Of a stretch of 64,000 bases of DNA, positions 41,738 to 52,420 are shown in pieces. How positions within the stretch are numbered: the first letter of the stretch is position 1; each line of letters opens with the position of its first letter. Origin of the DNA: Nitrospirota bacterium (GTDB taxonomy: Bacteria; Nitrospirota; UBA9217). The translations under genes were made by a program, and so were the position numbers. The notes below the pieces were generated by a model. It made no database searches, had not been told where the DNA came from, and saw only the letters and a program-made list of their open reading frames with translations. The DNA is taken from NCBI GenBank assembly GCA_963840455.1, contig CAWIYV010000011.1, forward strand, positions 480,001 through 544,000, given 5' to 3'.

Positions 41738-42904
41738 TTACTTCGTGGTCTCCCTGCCGCTATACCGTGCGAATACCATTGCCGTGGTACGGTAGAAGAG
41801 ATGCGCGAACTTGGAGTACGGAGCGTAGGCGAAGAGCGACCAGACGAAGACAAGGTGGATGTAGTAGACGAAGTACCCGATCTCCATGTCGGCGATCCGC
41901 AGACCCCACGACGCCATGCCCGTGGCGCCCACGCCGATGACGACCAGAAGGAAGATCCAGTCGAAATAGGAGCCCATGCCGGCCTTCGCCGCCTTGCCCA
42001 GCCGGTTCAGCAGGATGATGGTGATGCCCAGTGCAAAGGCCACGGAACTCGCCAGGGCGAGCATCTTCACGGGATCGGTCATGGGATAGGGAGACTCGCC
42101 GAAGTGGAACGGGCCGAACGCCGGGATGTGGAAGAACTCATGTCCGTAGAGATATACGATCGCCCAGGTGGTCACGACTGCGAGGCCCGCGAAGCTGTAG
42201 AACAGGAGGAGGTGGCCCCACTGCCGGAGCCGGTTCACGTTGCAGTCGGCGAATTTCTTGTGCGCCAGGATCGTGGTGACCGCCGGGACAATATGGCCGA
42301 AGGGGCTGCCCGATCCAGCGGCATCGCCGGTATTGGCTTTCATGCCGGACCAGAGCCGCGTGATCCCCACGAAAGCGGACACGGCTGCGAAGAGCGCCGT
42401 CAGAATGAATGTTACGTCAATATGAGGGAACACGGGCATGAACAGATGATATGCCATGGCCCCTTCCGCATTGCGAGGCACCCCGCTAAAGCTCTTGTAG
42501 GGCATGATAAGATAGAACAGCACCGCCGGGATCGCAAAGAGGAGCCAGACGAGCTTCGGGTCCGTGGCGATCTTGGCGAAGAACGGGATGAGCGCCACTT
42601 CCTTGATGCTCTGCTTGCGGATGGCGTTCAGCACCTCGCCCGGCTTGGCGCCGCGCGGGCAATAGGCCGTGCAGTCGCTGCACTGGTGGCAGAGCCACAC
42701 ATCGGCGCTCGCGATGAGCTTGTCCTTCTGGCCCCACTGGGCGAGCACCATCTCCTTGCGCGGGAACGGATTTCCGTCGGGCGTCACGTTGCACACCACC
42801 GAGCAGGTGGCGCACTGGTAGCACTTCTTCAGGGACTCGCCGCCGCCCTTGATGATCTCGTTCACAAAGTCCAGATCAGGCTTGATGATCGTTGCTTCTG
42901 ACAT
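41738..42904 (-). CDS. qmoC: Quinone-interacting membrane-bound oxidoreductase subunit C
   Basis: CYQCATCSVVC, CHQCSDCTAYCP, TM cytochrome b domain, PYSKFAH; position after qmoAB. Confidence 0.93.
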   Translation of the reverse strand: MSEATIIKPDLDFVNEIIKGGGESLKKCYQCATCSVVCNVTPDGNPFPRKEMVLAQWGQKDKLIASADVWLCHQCSDCTAYCPRGAKPGEVLNAIRKQSIKEVALIPFFAKIATDPKLVWLLFAIPAVLFYLIMPYKSFSGVPRNAEGAMAYHLFMPVFPHIDVTFILTALFAAVSAFVGITRLWSGMKANTGDAAGSGSPFGHIVPAVTTILAHKKFADCNVNRLRQWGHLLLFYSFAGLAVVTTWAIVYLYGHEFFHIPAFGPFHFGESPYPMTDPVKMLALASSVAFALGITIILLNRLGKAAKAGMGSYFDWIFLLVVIGVGATGMASWGLRIADMEIGYFVYYIHLVFVWSLFAYAPYSKFAHLFYRTTAMVFARYSGRETTK

Positions 42905-42962
42905 TTCTTCGTCCTCCGAATTGCTGTGTTGGGAGTATCGTGCCGTTCACTCCGAACCAAGA

Positions 42963-45198
42963 CTACATGACCCCGAACGGGTTCCGGCCGAACCCTTTGA
43001 CCTTCTCGACGAAATCGTTGATCATCTCCGGCAGCTTATCGTACTCGTTGATGGCGATCTGCATCAGGCCGACGCGCTCGGACTCGAGCTGCAGCCGGTT
43101 CAGCGTCTCGCTGACCTTGCTGAAGCGGGTGTTCGCCAGCTCGCTACCCTTCACGAAGTGACACTGGTAGTTCTCGCCGTACTTGCAGCCGAGAAGCAGC
43201 ATGCCGTCGACCCCCTTGGAGAGCGCGTCGGCGACCCATACCAGGTTCATGCCGCCCAGGCAGCGCATGGAGACGAAGCGCACGGACGGGTCGATCTTCT
43301 TGCCCGAGAGCACGGCCGTATCGATGGCAGGATAAGAATCGTTCTCGCAGACCAGGCAGGCGATGCGGAAAGTGTCCTCGTCGTCCGACACTTCGATGGT
43401 CTTCAGCATGGAGCCCACGATGTCGACGCTGTAGTCCTTGAAGGACACGATGCGCTCGGGGCAGGCGCCCATGCAGGTGCCGCAGCGGCGGCAGCGGTTG
43501 AGGTTGTACTTGGGGATGCCCTTCTCGTCCTCGTCGATTGCGCCGAAGGGGCACTCTTCCGTGCAGCGCTTGCAGGCCGTGCACTTGATGAGCATCGGGT
43601 CCGGGTAGGTCGTGTCCCAGGCGCGCGGATGGACCGCGACGCCGCGCTGCACATGGTCGATGGCTTGGATGGCCTTGAACGCCGCTCCGGCCCCGTCCTC
43701 CTGGGCCTCTGCCATGTTCATGGGCTGGTGCACGCCGCCGGCGGCGTAGATGCCCGTCCGCCGGGTCTCGTACTGGAAGCAGATGAAGTTCGAATCAGCG
43801 AAGCCGGACGCCCCTTCGAGGGTCGGGAGCTCCGGCCCCTGGCGGTAACCCAGGTTCAGGATGTAGTCCGGCTTCGGCGTTTGCTCCAGATAGTTCTTCT
43901 TGGATTCGTCGCCGCCCGCAGCCGCATTGGTCAGGCCGTCCGCGTACTCCTGCGCTCCACGCGTCGTCGGGACCATGCCCGTGGCAAGGACCACCAGGTC
44001 CGCCTCGACCTTCACCTTCTCGCCGGTCTTGGTGCCGAAAAGGGTGTTCTCCATCTCGACGAAGAGGTTGCCGTTGCCCGCATCGGACACGCCGGTCACA
44101 TCTGCCTTCGAGAGCATCACGCCCGGGTTGTTCTGTGCTTCCTTGTAGTAAAGCTCGGTCCTGCCCGGTGTCCGGATGTCCTTGTAGAAGATCATCGCAA
44201 GGGCATTCGGGTTCTGGCGCACATACTGCGACTGCTTGAGCGATGTGGCGCAGCACATGGACGAGCAGTACGGGAGGTGGTTCGGGTCGCGCTGGCCCGC
44301 GCACTGCACGAAGGCGACCTTGAGGGCCTCCTTGCCGTCCGAGGGGCGCAGGAGCTTGCCGTTGTTCTTCTTGGCGATCTCTTCGAGCTCGAAGTTGGTG
44401 ACCACGTTCTTGAGCTTGCCGTAGCCGAGGTAATCGAGCTTGTTCGCATCGTAGGGATTCCAGCCCGTGGCCATCACGATGGCGCCGATCTTCATGGTCT
44501 CGCCGTTCGAGAGCGTCACGTCGTACAGGCCCGGCTGTCCGTCGGTCTTCGTCGACCGTCGTGGACTTGTAGACCTTGATGTTCCCATGACCCTCTACTT
44601 CCGCAACAGTCTTTGCGATGTCCGTGTCAACGATCAGCGGCTTGTTGATGTACGAGCCGGTCGGGATCTTCTTGTAGAGCTTGTTCACGAAACCGCCGAG
44701 CTGGGCGGCCTTCTCCACGAGCACGACCTTCTGGCCCGCACCCGCGGCCGACAGGGCCGCGGTCATGCCGGCGATGCCGCCGCCGATCACGAGGATGGTG
44801 CTGTTCAGGTCGGGGAGGATGTTCGGAACGGCGAAATCCGACTTCTGGACCCGCACGATGCCCATGTTCAGGTAGTCGTAGGCAGCATCATAGGCCTCGG
44901 ACGATTTCGGCTCCAGGGCCCAGGCCACGAATTCGCGGAGGTTCACCCGCTCGACAATGGCGCCGGGAAAGGAGAACTCGGCGGCCTTGGCGCGCGCCGA
45001 GCAGGCGGCGATAACGATGGAGTTCACGCCTTCCTTGGCCATGTCGTCCTTGATCATCTGCACGCCCGCGGGGCTGCAGAGGGTGTCATGGGTCCGGGAC
45101 AGCGGCACCTTCTTGGCAACGCCCTCGAGCTTCGTGATGTCAACGGCGTCGGCAATGCCGCATCCTTTACAGAGATATACGCAGATCTTCTTCTCCAT
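42963..45198 (-). CDS. qmoB: QmoB (HdrA-like flavoprotein with C-terminal MvhD-like domain), single frameshift near 44550
   Basis: N-part in ORF 43795..45198 (GGGIAG), C-part in ORF 42963..44588 (VQCAGQRD, ferredoxin motifs, GCKYGENYQCHF). Confidence 0.9.
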
Positions 45199-45200
45199 CC

Positions 45201-46451
45201 CTAGTTCCTCCTCAAGCTCTGGATGCTCTTCATCACCACACCCGTCGCGTCCTGCGCTGACCGCGCAACGTCCACAGGGGTCTTGAGCGTTCCCGTTGCA
45301 TAGATGCCCTTGGGGAGGGTCGTCTGGTCGATGAACCCGTCATCGGTGACGGTCACTCCCGCGCCGGTCAACGAACGCGCCGTGGGCTTCATGCCCGTTG
45401 CCAGCACGACCATATCGAAGGTCTCCGTGATCTTGCCGCCGCCATGGATGTCCTCGGCGGTCACCTTCACGTCTCCGTTCTCGCCCTGCTCGATCTTCGC
45501 GACCTTGCCCTTGAGGAACGATACGTTCGCATCGGCCTTGAGCTTGGTATAGAACCGGTTCTCATAGAGGCCGGGGGTGCGGATGTCGATGTAGAAGATC
45601 TTTGCCTTCGAATCTTTGTAGAGCTCCCGGACATACGAGGCCTGCTTCAGCGAGGCCAGGCAGCAGATATAGGAGCAATGGGCCAGGTGGTTCTCGTCGC
45701 GCGAGCCCGCGCACTGCACGAAGGCGATGTTTTTCACTTCCTTCCCGTCGGAGGGACGCACGATCTTGCCAGCCGTGGGCCCGTTCGGCGCGGCGATCCG
45801 TTCCATCATCATGTTCGTGATGACGTTCTGGACCTTGCCGAACGCGAGGTTGTCCATCTTGGTCGCGTCGTAGGGATCCCAGCCCGTGGCCATGACCACG
45901 GCGCCGGCCTTTACGGTGACGGTCTCGCCCTTCATGTCGAGGTGGATCGCGTCATACTTGCAAGCTTCGACGCACTTGGCGCAGGAAGCGCCCTTGCACG
46001 CCTTGCCGTCAATGACGTACTGCAGCGGGAACGCCTGGTTGTGCGGCAGATAGGCCGCCTTGGTCTTGCTCATCCCGAAGTCGAAGTCGTTCGACCGCTC
46101 CTCAGGGCAGACCTCGGTGCACTTGTTGCATCCCGTGCACTTCTCATTCACGAACCGCGGCTGGGTCTTGATCGTCACGTCGAAGTTGCCTTCGGTGCCC
46201 GAGATCTTCTCCACCTCGGCCATAGTGTAGATCTTCACCTTGCCGTTGTTCTTGATCCGTTTGTACTGGATCTCGAGACCGCAGTTCGGGGGGCACATCT
46301 TCCAGAAGTACTTGTTCAGCTGCGTCACCCGTCCGCCGAGATAGGGGTTCTTCTCCACGATGATGACGCTGGAGCCTGCTTCCGCGGCCTCCACAGCCGC
46401 CGTGAGGCCGCTGAACCCGCCGCCGACGACTAATACTGTATTTTCCGCCAT
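45201..46451 (-). CDS. qmoA: QmoA (HdrA-like flavoprotein)
   Basis: GGGFSG, KYFWKMCPP.CG, ferredoxin insert, VQCAGSRD, CSYICC. Confidence 0.93.
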   Translation of the reverse strand: MAENTVLVVGGGFSGLTAAVEAAEAGSSVIIVEKNPYLGGRVTQLNKYFWKMCPPNCGLEIQYKRIKNNGKVKIYTMAEVEKISGTEGNFDVTIKTQPRFVNEKCTGCNKCTEVCPEERSNDFDFGMSKTKAAYLPHNQAFPLQYVIDGKACKGASCAKCVEACKYDAIHLDMKGETVTVKAGAVVMATGWDPYDATKMDNLAFGKVQNVITNMMMERIAAPNGPTAGKIVRPSDGKEVKNIAFVQCAGSRDENHLAHCSYICCLASLKQASYVRELYKDSKAKIFYIDIRTPGLYENRFYTKLKADANVSFLKGKVAKIEQGENGDVKVTAEDIHGGGKITETFDMVVLATGMKPTARSLTGAGVTVTDDGFIDQTTLPKGIYATGTLKTPVDVARSAQDATGVVMKSIQSLRRN

Positions 46452-46600
46452 GGTACCTGATCCTCCTTCAAGGCAGTAAGACCGACACACAATGTTGTAA
46501 ATTGGAAATTGGAAATTGCGGGTTTGAACCTTAAAAAAGAAGCGAGCATCGCTCGCTTTCCATTATTTTACAATTTGCACTTTTCAATTTACAAGAAAAT

Positions 46601-46629
46601 CTCCGGGAAGGGCATTGCCCTTCCCGGAG
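46601..46629 (-). terminator. Hairpin after aprA (terminator or mRNA stabiliser)
   Basis: ctccgggaagggc-att-gcccttcccggag, perfect 13-bp stem. Confidence 0.7.
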
Positions 46630-46641
46630 TTTTGAATGTTC

Positions 46642-48681
46642 TTAATGCTTTACAGGAGCTGCATCCTCAACCATCTGTACGTAGGGCACCTTCTTCACTT
46701 CCCAGGTGTCCTTCTCCAAGTTGTAATTGGAGTTCACGAAGCACTTCCAGTTCTTGTCGTCCACCAGGTCGAAGTCGCCGCGATAGTAGTAGCCGGGATA
46801 CCGGGACTCTTCCCTGAACAGGATGTGGCGCGCATGGGCCTCCACGGACAGGATGCGATGGTAGTTCTCCCAGCAGCGCATCAGTTCGTGCAGATTGCTC
46901 GCAGCCATCTTGGACGTGTCCTCCTTCAGCATCTGGAGGAGCCGCAGACCTTCCTCGAGCATCGTCTTGGAGGTCATGTACCAGGTCGAGATCCCGCCAA
47001 AGTACTCGTCGGCGATCTTCTGCAGACGGGTCTGGAGCATCTTCGGCTTGATGTAGTTCGGGTTGATCTCCGGTGCCGTGGTGTAGGTCTTGTACTTCTC
47101 GTACACTTCGAACGGCAGGTAGAGCTCGGCGGCCAGATGGTCCTCGGTCTCCTTGATCGTCGGGGTGTAGTTCGGATTGTCGAGGATGAACGCGATCGCG
47201 TTCTTGGCGGCGATGCGGCCTTCCGCGTGCGAACCGGACGAGAACTTATGGCCTGAAGCGCCGCAGATGTCGCCGCACATGAAGAGGCCCTTCACGGTCG
47301 ACTGACGGTTGTAGTTGCCTGCCGGCCACTTCTTGTTCCATTCTTCCGGCGCGCCGAGGTCATCAGGACCGCAGCACCAGAAGCCCGCGCAGCCCGCGTG
47401 CGAACCGAGGAGGTACGGCTCGGTCGGCATGATCTCGGACGGGACCTTGTCCGGCTCGACGTTCTTGGACGCCCAGAGGCCGGCCTGGCCGATGGCCATA
47501 TCGAGGAAGTCTTCCCATGCTTCAGCGACCAGGTGCTTCACCTTCTTGGCGCCTTCCTTCTCGCCGAGCTTCTCGATGAAGGTCTTGTTGATGGCTGCCA
47601 TCGCCTCATCGGTCCTCATGAGGATCGGGCCCTTGCCCTTCTTCATGTCGCGCATCATCAGGTGGTTCCGGATGGCAGTGCCGAGGTTGTCGACATACTT
47701 GCCATACTTGGCCTTGGCTTCCGCCAGCGCCTCTGCATCGACACAATAGTCCTCACCAAGGCTGTTGGTCGCCTTGGCCTTGAAGAACAGGAACCAGGCG
47801 CCGACCGGGCCGTAGCCGTCCTTGAAGCGGGCGGGCACGAAGCGGTTCTCCATCATGGTCAGCTCTGCGCCGGCCTGCAGACCGAGCGCGTAGCCGGAAC
47901 CGGAGTTCCACACCGGATACCAGGCGCGGCCCTGGCCTTCCTGGGTCGACCGGGGACGGAACACGTTCACGGCGCCGCCTGCTGCCAGCACCATGGCCTT
48001 GGCTTTGAAGATATAGATCTTGTTCTCGCGGACGCTGAAACCGGCCGCCGCTGCAACGCGGTTGGGCTCCTTGGCATCGTTGTACAGCTTCACGATGAAG
48101 ACGCGCTCGTAATGGTTCGTCTTCACGCCGGTGGCGGCACGGTTGGACTCCAGGGCCTTCTTCGCGGCTTCCGCCACGATGACCTTGTAGGACTCGCCGT
48201 TGATCATGATCTGCCACTTACCGGAGCGGACAGGCTTGCCGCCGTCCTTGAGGGAAACCTTGCCGGCTTCCTTTGCCTGGAAACCGTCGAGGGAGAAGCC
48301 ATCGTCGCCGATCTTCCAGATCGGAAGGCCCCACTCCTCGAAGAGCTGCACGGAATCATCGACGTGGCGGCCCAGGTCATAGACCAGGTCCTCGCGGATG
48401 ATGCCCATGAGATCGTTCCGAACCATCTTGACATAATCCGCCGGATCGTTCTCACCCATGTAGGTGTTGATGGCGGAAAGGCCCATTGCAACGGCGCCGG
48501 ACCTGTCGGTCGCGGCCTTGTCCACCATGGTGATCTTCATCTTCTTGGGATTCGCCCAGCGTGCGCCCTCGAAAGCCGCGCCGCAGCAGGCCATACCGCC
48601 GCCGATCAGGAGGAGGTCGGTCTCGACCGTCTCGATCTCAGGCTTCTTGCAGAACGAAAACGTACAGGTTTCTTTTTCCAT
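46642..48681 (-). CDS. aprA: Adenylylsulfate reductase alpha subunit
   Basis: RSGAVAMGLSAINTY, WQIMINGESYK, RFKDGYGPVGAWF, GHKFSSGS. Confidence 0.98.
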   Translation of the reverse strand: MEKETCTFSFCKKPEIETVETDLLLIGGGMACCGAAFEGARWANPKKMKITMVDKAATDRSGAVAMGLSAINTYMGENDPADYVKMVRNDLMGIIREDLVYDLGRHVDDSVQLFEEWGLPIWKIGDDGFSLDGFQAKEAGKVSLKDGGKPVRSGKWQIMINGESYKVIVAEAAKKALESNRAATGVKTNHYERVFIVKLYNDAKEPNRVAAAAGFSVRENKIYIFKAKAMVLAAGGAVNVFRPRSTQEGQGRAWYPVWNSGSGYALGLQAGAELTMMENRFVPARFKDGYGPVGAWFLFFKAKATNSLGEDYCVDAEALAEAKAKYGKYVDNLGTAIRNHLMMRDMKKGKGPILMRTDEAMAAINKTFIEKLGEKEGAKKVKHLVAEAWEDFLDMAIGQAGLWASKNVEPDKVPSEIMPTEPYLLGSHAGCAGFWCCGPDDLGAPEEWNKKWPAGNYNRQSTVKGLFMCGDICGASGHKFSSGSHAEGRIAAKNAIAFILDNPNYTPTIKETEDHLAAELYLPFEVYEKYKTYTTAPEINPNYIKPKMLQTRLQKIADEYFGGISTWYMTSKTMLEEGLRLLQMLKEDTSKMAASNLHELMRCWENYHRILSVEAHARHILFREESRYPGYYYRGDFDLVDDKNWKCFVNSNYNLEKDTWEVKKVPYVQMVEDAAPVKH

Positions 48682-48695
48682 TTATCCTATCCTCC

Positions 48696-49127
48696 TTATT
48701 TCTTGATGACCGGCATCGGCTTCGTGGTGGTGAAAAAACCGGCCTGTTTGATTTTTGCCATGTCCACTTCAGGCTTGCCCTTGTAGGGATCGACCGAGCC
48801 TTCTGCCGTGGTGCGGATCGGGAACTTGAAGCGCTGGAGCTTCCCGTTCCGGAACTTGATGGTCCACATGATGGAATCCGTTCCCCGCATCGGGATAACG
48901 TTTGCACCCAGGGGGGCGAAATCCTGGTAGGCCCGGATCTCGATCGCCTGCTGGGGGCAGATCTTCACACAGTTGTAGCACTCCCAGCACTGCTCCGGCT
49001 CCTGGTTGTAGGCCTTCATGAGGTCCCTGTTCAGGGTCATGAGGTCGTTCGGACAGATGTACTGGCATGCTGTCTTGTCCTGCGCCTTGCAGCCGTCGCA
49101 CTTCTCGGTGATTACATAACTCGGCAT
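48696..49127 (-). CDS. aprB: Adenylylsulfate reductase beta subunit
   Basis: CDGCK...ACQYICP, CWECYNCVKICP, FPIRTT.EG. Confidence 0.98.
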   Translation of the reverse strand: MPSYVITEKCDGCKAQDKTACQYICPNDLMTLNRDLMKAYNQEPEQCWECYNCVKICPQQAIEIRAYQDFAPLGANVIPMRGTDSIMWTIKFRNGKLQRFKFPIRTTAEGSVDPYKGKPEVDMAKIKQAGFFTTTKPMPVIKK

Positions 49128-49187
49128 GGTACTAACCTCCTATCGTTGGAATAAAATTAACTGCTTCCGCAGTCGTTAAACCTTCGG

Positions 49188-50429
49188 TTACTTTTTCTCC
49201 GTATGCGTGCCCTCGGCATGGCTGTGAAGCTTGATCTCCACCTTTGTGGTAAGGCCGGCATAGTACTTCTTGAGGATCTCGAGCACTTCGGGACGGCTGA
49301 AGTGATCGGGAACGTTCTCACCCTCGGAGAGCATCTTCCGGAGCTTGGTGCCGGAAAGCATGAGACGGTCTTCCTTGCCGTGGGGGCAGGTCCTCATGGA
49401 GGCCATGCCGTCGCACTTGAAGCAATAGAAGGTGTGGTCGATCTTGAGCGGCTGGGTCTCGAGCGCGCCCGCCGGGATCTCGTCGAATATCTTCTGCGCA
49501 TCGAACGGGCCGTAGTAGTCGCCCACACCGGCATGGTCGCGGCCGACGATCAGGTGGCTGCAGCCGAAGTTCTGCCGGAAGAGCGCGTGCAGGAGGGCCT
49601 CCCGCGGACCGGCATACCGCATTTCCATGGGATAACCGCACTGAACGGCGCTGTCCTTCACAAAGTACTTGTCCATGAGGGTGTTGATGGCGTCGGCGCG
49701 GACATCGGCCGGAATGTCACCCTCTTTGAGCTTGCCCAGGATCTGGTGGATCAGCACGCCGTCCATGGTCTCGATGGCGATCTTGGCAAGGTACTCGTGC
49801 GAACGGTGCATGGGGTTCCGGGTCTGGAACGCCGCGATCTTGCTCCAGCCCTTGGCCTCGAAGATCTTGCGGGTCTCAACCGGCTTCATATAGATGCCCT
49901 TGAAGGTCTGGGGGAAATGGGCCTCGGACAGGACCTTCACCGGACCGGCCAGGTTCACATCGGGCTGGCCCATGACCTTCTGCACGCCCGGATGACCGGC
50001 GATGTCATTGGTGCGGAAGATCTTCGTGCATTCGTGCTCTTTGTCGGACTTCGACATGGCGTACTTCTCGGCCACCTTCATGGTGGCCATGATCTCGCCC
50101 GACTCTTCGTCAACAAGGGTGATCTCTTCGTTCTTCTTGAGGCTGTTCGCAAACTCCGGCGTCGCTGAGAGCGTGACCGGGACGGGCCAGAACGTTCCGT
50201 CAGCCATCTTGAACTTGTCGCACACGCCCTTCCAGTCCTTCTTGGTCATAAAACCCGTAAGCGGCGTAAATGCGCCGATGCCCATCATCACGAGGTCTGC
50301 GGTTTCGCGCGACGAGATCTTGAGCTGCTTCAGGGTCTTGGCCTTCTTAAGCTCTTTCTGAAGGGCCGATCCTTCCAGAAGAAGAGGCATAAGCTTCTTC
50401 TTTTTGCCATGAGGCTTTACCAGTGCCAT
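49188..50429 (-). CDS. sat: Sulfate adenylyltransferase
   Basis: [37 protein letters not shown]. Confidence 0.98.
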   Translation of the reverse strand: MALVKPHGKKKKLMPLLLEGSALQKELKKAKTLKQLKISSRETADLVMMGIGAFTPLTGFMTKKDWKGVCDKFKMADGTFWPVPVTLSATPEFANSLKKNEEITLVDEESGEIMATMKVAEKYAMSKSDKEHECTKIFRTNDIAGHPGVQKVMGQPDVNLAGPVKVLSEAHFPQTFKGIYMKPVETRKIFEAKGWSKIAAFQTRNPMHRSHEYLAKIAIETMDGVLIHQILGKLKEGDIPADVRADAINTLMDKYFVKDSAVQCGYPMEMRYAGPREALLHALFRQNFGCSHLIVGRDHAGVGDYYGPFDAQKIFDEIPAGALETQPLKIDHTFYCFKCDGMASMRTCPHGKEDRLMLSGTKLRKMLSEGENVPDHFSRPEVLEILKKYYAGLTTKVEIKLHSHAEGTHTEKK

Positions 50430-50496
50430 GCTGCGTTCCTCCTTGATCAGAATTTACAGAAGTCATAGGTCCTATTGGTCGTATAGGACTTATTGT

Positions 50497-51150
50497 TTAT
50501 TTTCCTTCGATGGCGGCAACCGCCTTCTTGAAGATGTCGTCGATGCTGCCGACGCCCATGACCGTCTTCATGATCTTTTTCTTCGAATAGTAATCGATGA
50601 GCGGCGCGGTCTGCTGCTGATACACGTCAAGCCGTTTCTTGATGGTCGCTTCCTTGTCGTCGTCGCGCTGGAACAGCGCGCCGCCGCACTTGTCGCAGAC
50701 GCCTTCTTTTTTTGAAGGGGAGAAATAGATGTTGTACATCTGCTGGCAGGATTTGCAAGTCCGCCGGCCGGTGAGCCGCTTCAGGAGGTCGTTCAGGTCC
50801 ACATCGATGTTGAGCGCCACGGTGAGGGGCATGCTCGCGCCGGTGAGTATCTTGTCGAGGGCCTCGGCCTGGGCGGTGTTGCGCGGGAACCCGTCGAGGA
50901 TGAAGCCGTTCTTGCAGTCCGGCTGCTTGAGCCGCTCTTCCACCAGGCCGAGCACGATCTTGTCCGAAACAAGACCGCCCGAATCCATGATGACCTTCGC
51001 TTCCTTACCCAGAGGCGTGCCATCGGCAACGGCCTTTCGAAGGATGTCTCCCGTAGAGATCTGCGGGATTTTGAACTTGTCGATCAGCATCTTTGCCTGG
51101 GTGCCTTTGCCGGCACCGGGGGCGCCCAGCAGAACTACTCGTGATGCCAT
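50497..51150 (-). CDS. adk: Adenylate kinase with zinc-binding lid
   Basis: GAPGAGKGTQ, ISTGD, LDGFPR, CKSC...CDKC, QRDDD. Confidence 0.97.
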   Translation of the reverse strand: MASRVVLLGAPGAGKGTQAKMLIDKFKIPQISTGDILRKAVADGTPLGKEAKVIMDSGGLVSDKIVLGLVEERLKQPDCKNGFILDGFPRNTAQAEALDKILTGASMPLTVALNIDVDLNDLLKRLTGRRTCKSCQQMYNIYFSPSKKEGVCDKCGGALFQRDDDKEATIKKRLDVYQQQTAPLIDYYSKKKIMKTVMGVGSIDDIFKKAVAAIEGK

Positions 51151-51254
51151 GAGAGCGAACCTCCGTAACGAGTTATGATCTCAGCCGAACGAAAGGAGTG
51201 ACGGGGAGTGTGATATGAAGTGCTCCCGGGCGAGCGTGGTTCGGCGCAGGCAGT

Positions 51255-51283
51255 AATATCGTTGAAACGGCCTTTATTTGCAA
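51255..51283 (-). promoter_or_regulatory. Putative sigma70 promoter of the adk-sat-apr operon
   Basis: Minus strand TTGCAA-N17-GATATT. Confidence 0.5.
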
Positions 51284-51305
51284 GTTAAAAATTATAATTT
51301 GAATA

Positions 51306-51917
51306 TTAGTTTTCTTTATGCTTTGAAAAAGAATGGAGGAATTCGGCTAGTTTTTCAACAGCTTTCCCGCGGTGGCTCAACGAGTCCTTCTCTTCTGCCG
51401 TCATTTCGGCGAAGGTCCGGTCAAAACCCTCGGGAAGGAAGACCGGGTCATATCCAAACCCCTTTTTCCCCCGCGGTTCGAACCCGATCCGACCACGGGA
51501 GTAGCCAAAAAAGGTTCTTGTCCTGCCGTCTGGGTAGGCAATTGCCAGGGAGCATACGAACCGGGCGCTTCGCTCTTGGGGAGGGATGCTTTTTAGGTCT
51601 TTTAGCAGCTTTTCATAGTTTTTGGGGTCGTTCCCGCTTGTCGCATCCGGGGCATATCGGGCGGAATAGACCCCGGGTGCCCCGCCTAGCGCATCGACCT
51701 CGAGGCCGGAATCGTCGGCCAGCGATATCTTGCCCGTGCACATCGCTACCTCGACAGCCTTCTTGATCGCGTTGGCTTCGAAGCTGTCCCGGTCCTCGAC
51801 GGTCTCAGGGCAGTCAGGAAAGTCATCGAGGGAAAGCACGGTGATCGGTAGGTCAGCAGTGATCCGCCGGATCTCCTCGATCTTCTTCTTGTTACGCGTG
51901 GCGAGAACGATCTCCAT
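51306..51917 (-). CDS. rdgB: Non-canonical purine NTP pyrophosphatase (XTP/dITP diphosphatase)
   Basis: ATRN..K, ADDSGL, PGVYSARYA, GFGYDP, SHRG. Confidence 0.95.
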   Translation of the reverse strand: MEIVLATRNKKKIEEIRRITADLPITVLSLDDFPDCPETVEDRDSFEANAIKKAVEVAMCTGKISLADDSGLEVDALGGAPGVYSARYAPDATSGNDPKNYEKLLKDLKSIPPQERSARFVCSLAIAYPDGRTRTFFGYSRGRIGFEPRGKKGFGYDPVFLPEGFDRTFAEMTAEEKDSLSHRGKAVEKLAEFLHSFSKHKEN

Positions 51918-52420
51918 AGGAGGCGTACATTAGCACAAAAGCCGCGACCTTGCAACAGCACTATCACTTGGCAAGCGACGGAGGCGAGTATGCGTCGCCC
52001 AGACCTTAGCGGAAATCCCCTGATATCCACCCTTTCTTCGCATCACCGCCATGATCGCGCCTCACGGGCCGATCCCTGTCTTCTGAAATACCGGTAGCCC
52101 GCTCTTTGGGCAAGGCGTTTCATGCAATGGACATGTTGTTTCCCGGATGAAGACCTATTGGCAGATGTGCATTAACGAAGAACGTACGATGCAAGCAAGA
52201 CCGCGACAAGCCGCGCGGCATCCTCAGCGACGCCACCGGACGTAATTCAGCAGTGGTTCTTCGCCCGGGACATCAACCTCGATCCTCGGGGGGTAGTGTC
52301 GCCGTAAAGAACCCTCAGGGACCCATATACGGCGTATCATGCAACAGTTCAATTATCCTGTTTTGCGTTCAACGGTGCGCTCGCCGTGTCGGGGACATCC
52401 GGTCCTGGCGTGAAATCATA

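Noticed and set aside
44540-44565. Programmed ribosomal frameshift in qmoB
   Set aside because: No slippery heptamer or homopolymer; indel errors appear elsewhere in the window
51960-52420. Possible 6S RNA, riboswitch or small gene between rdgB and the tandem repeat
   Set aside because: No recognisable consensus or convincing ORF by eye; would need an Rfam scan
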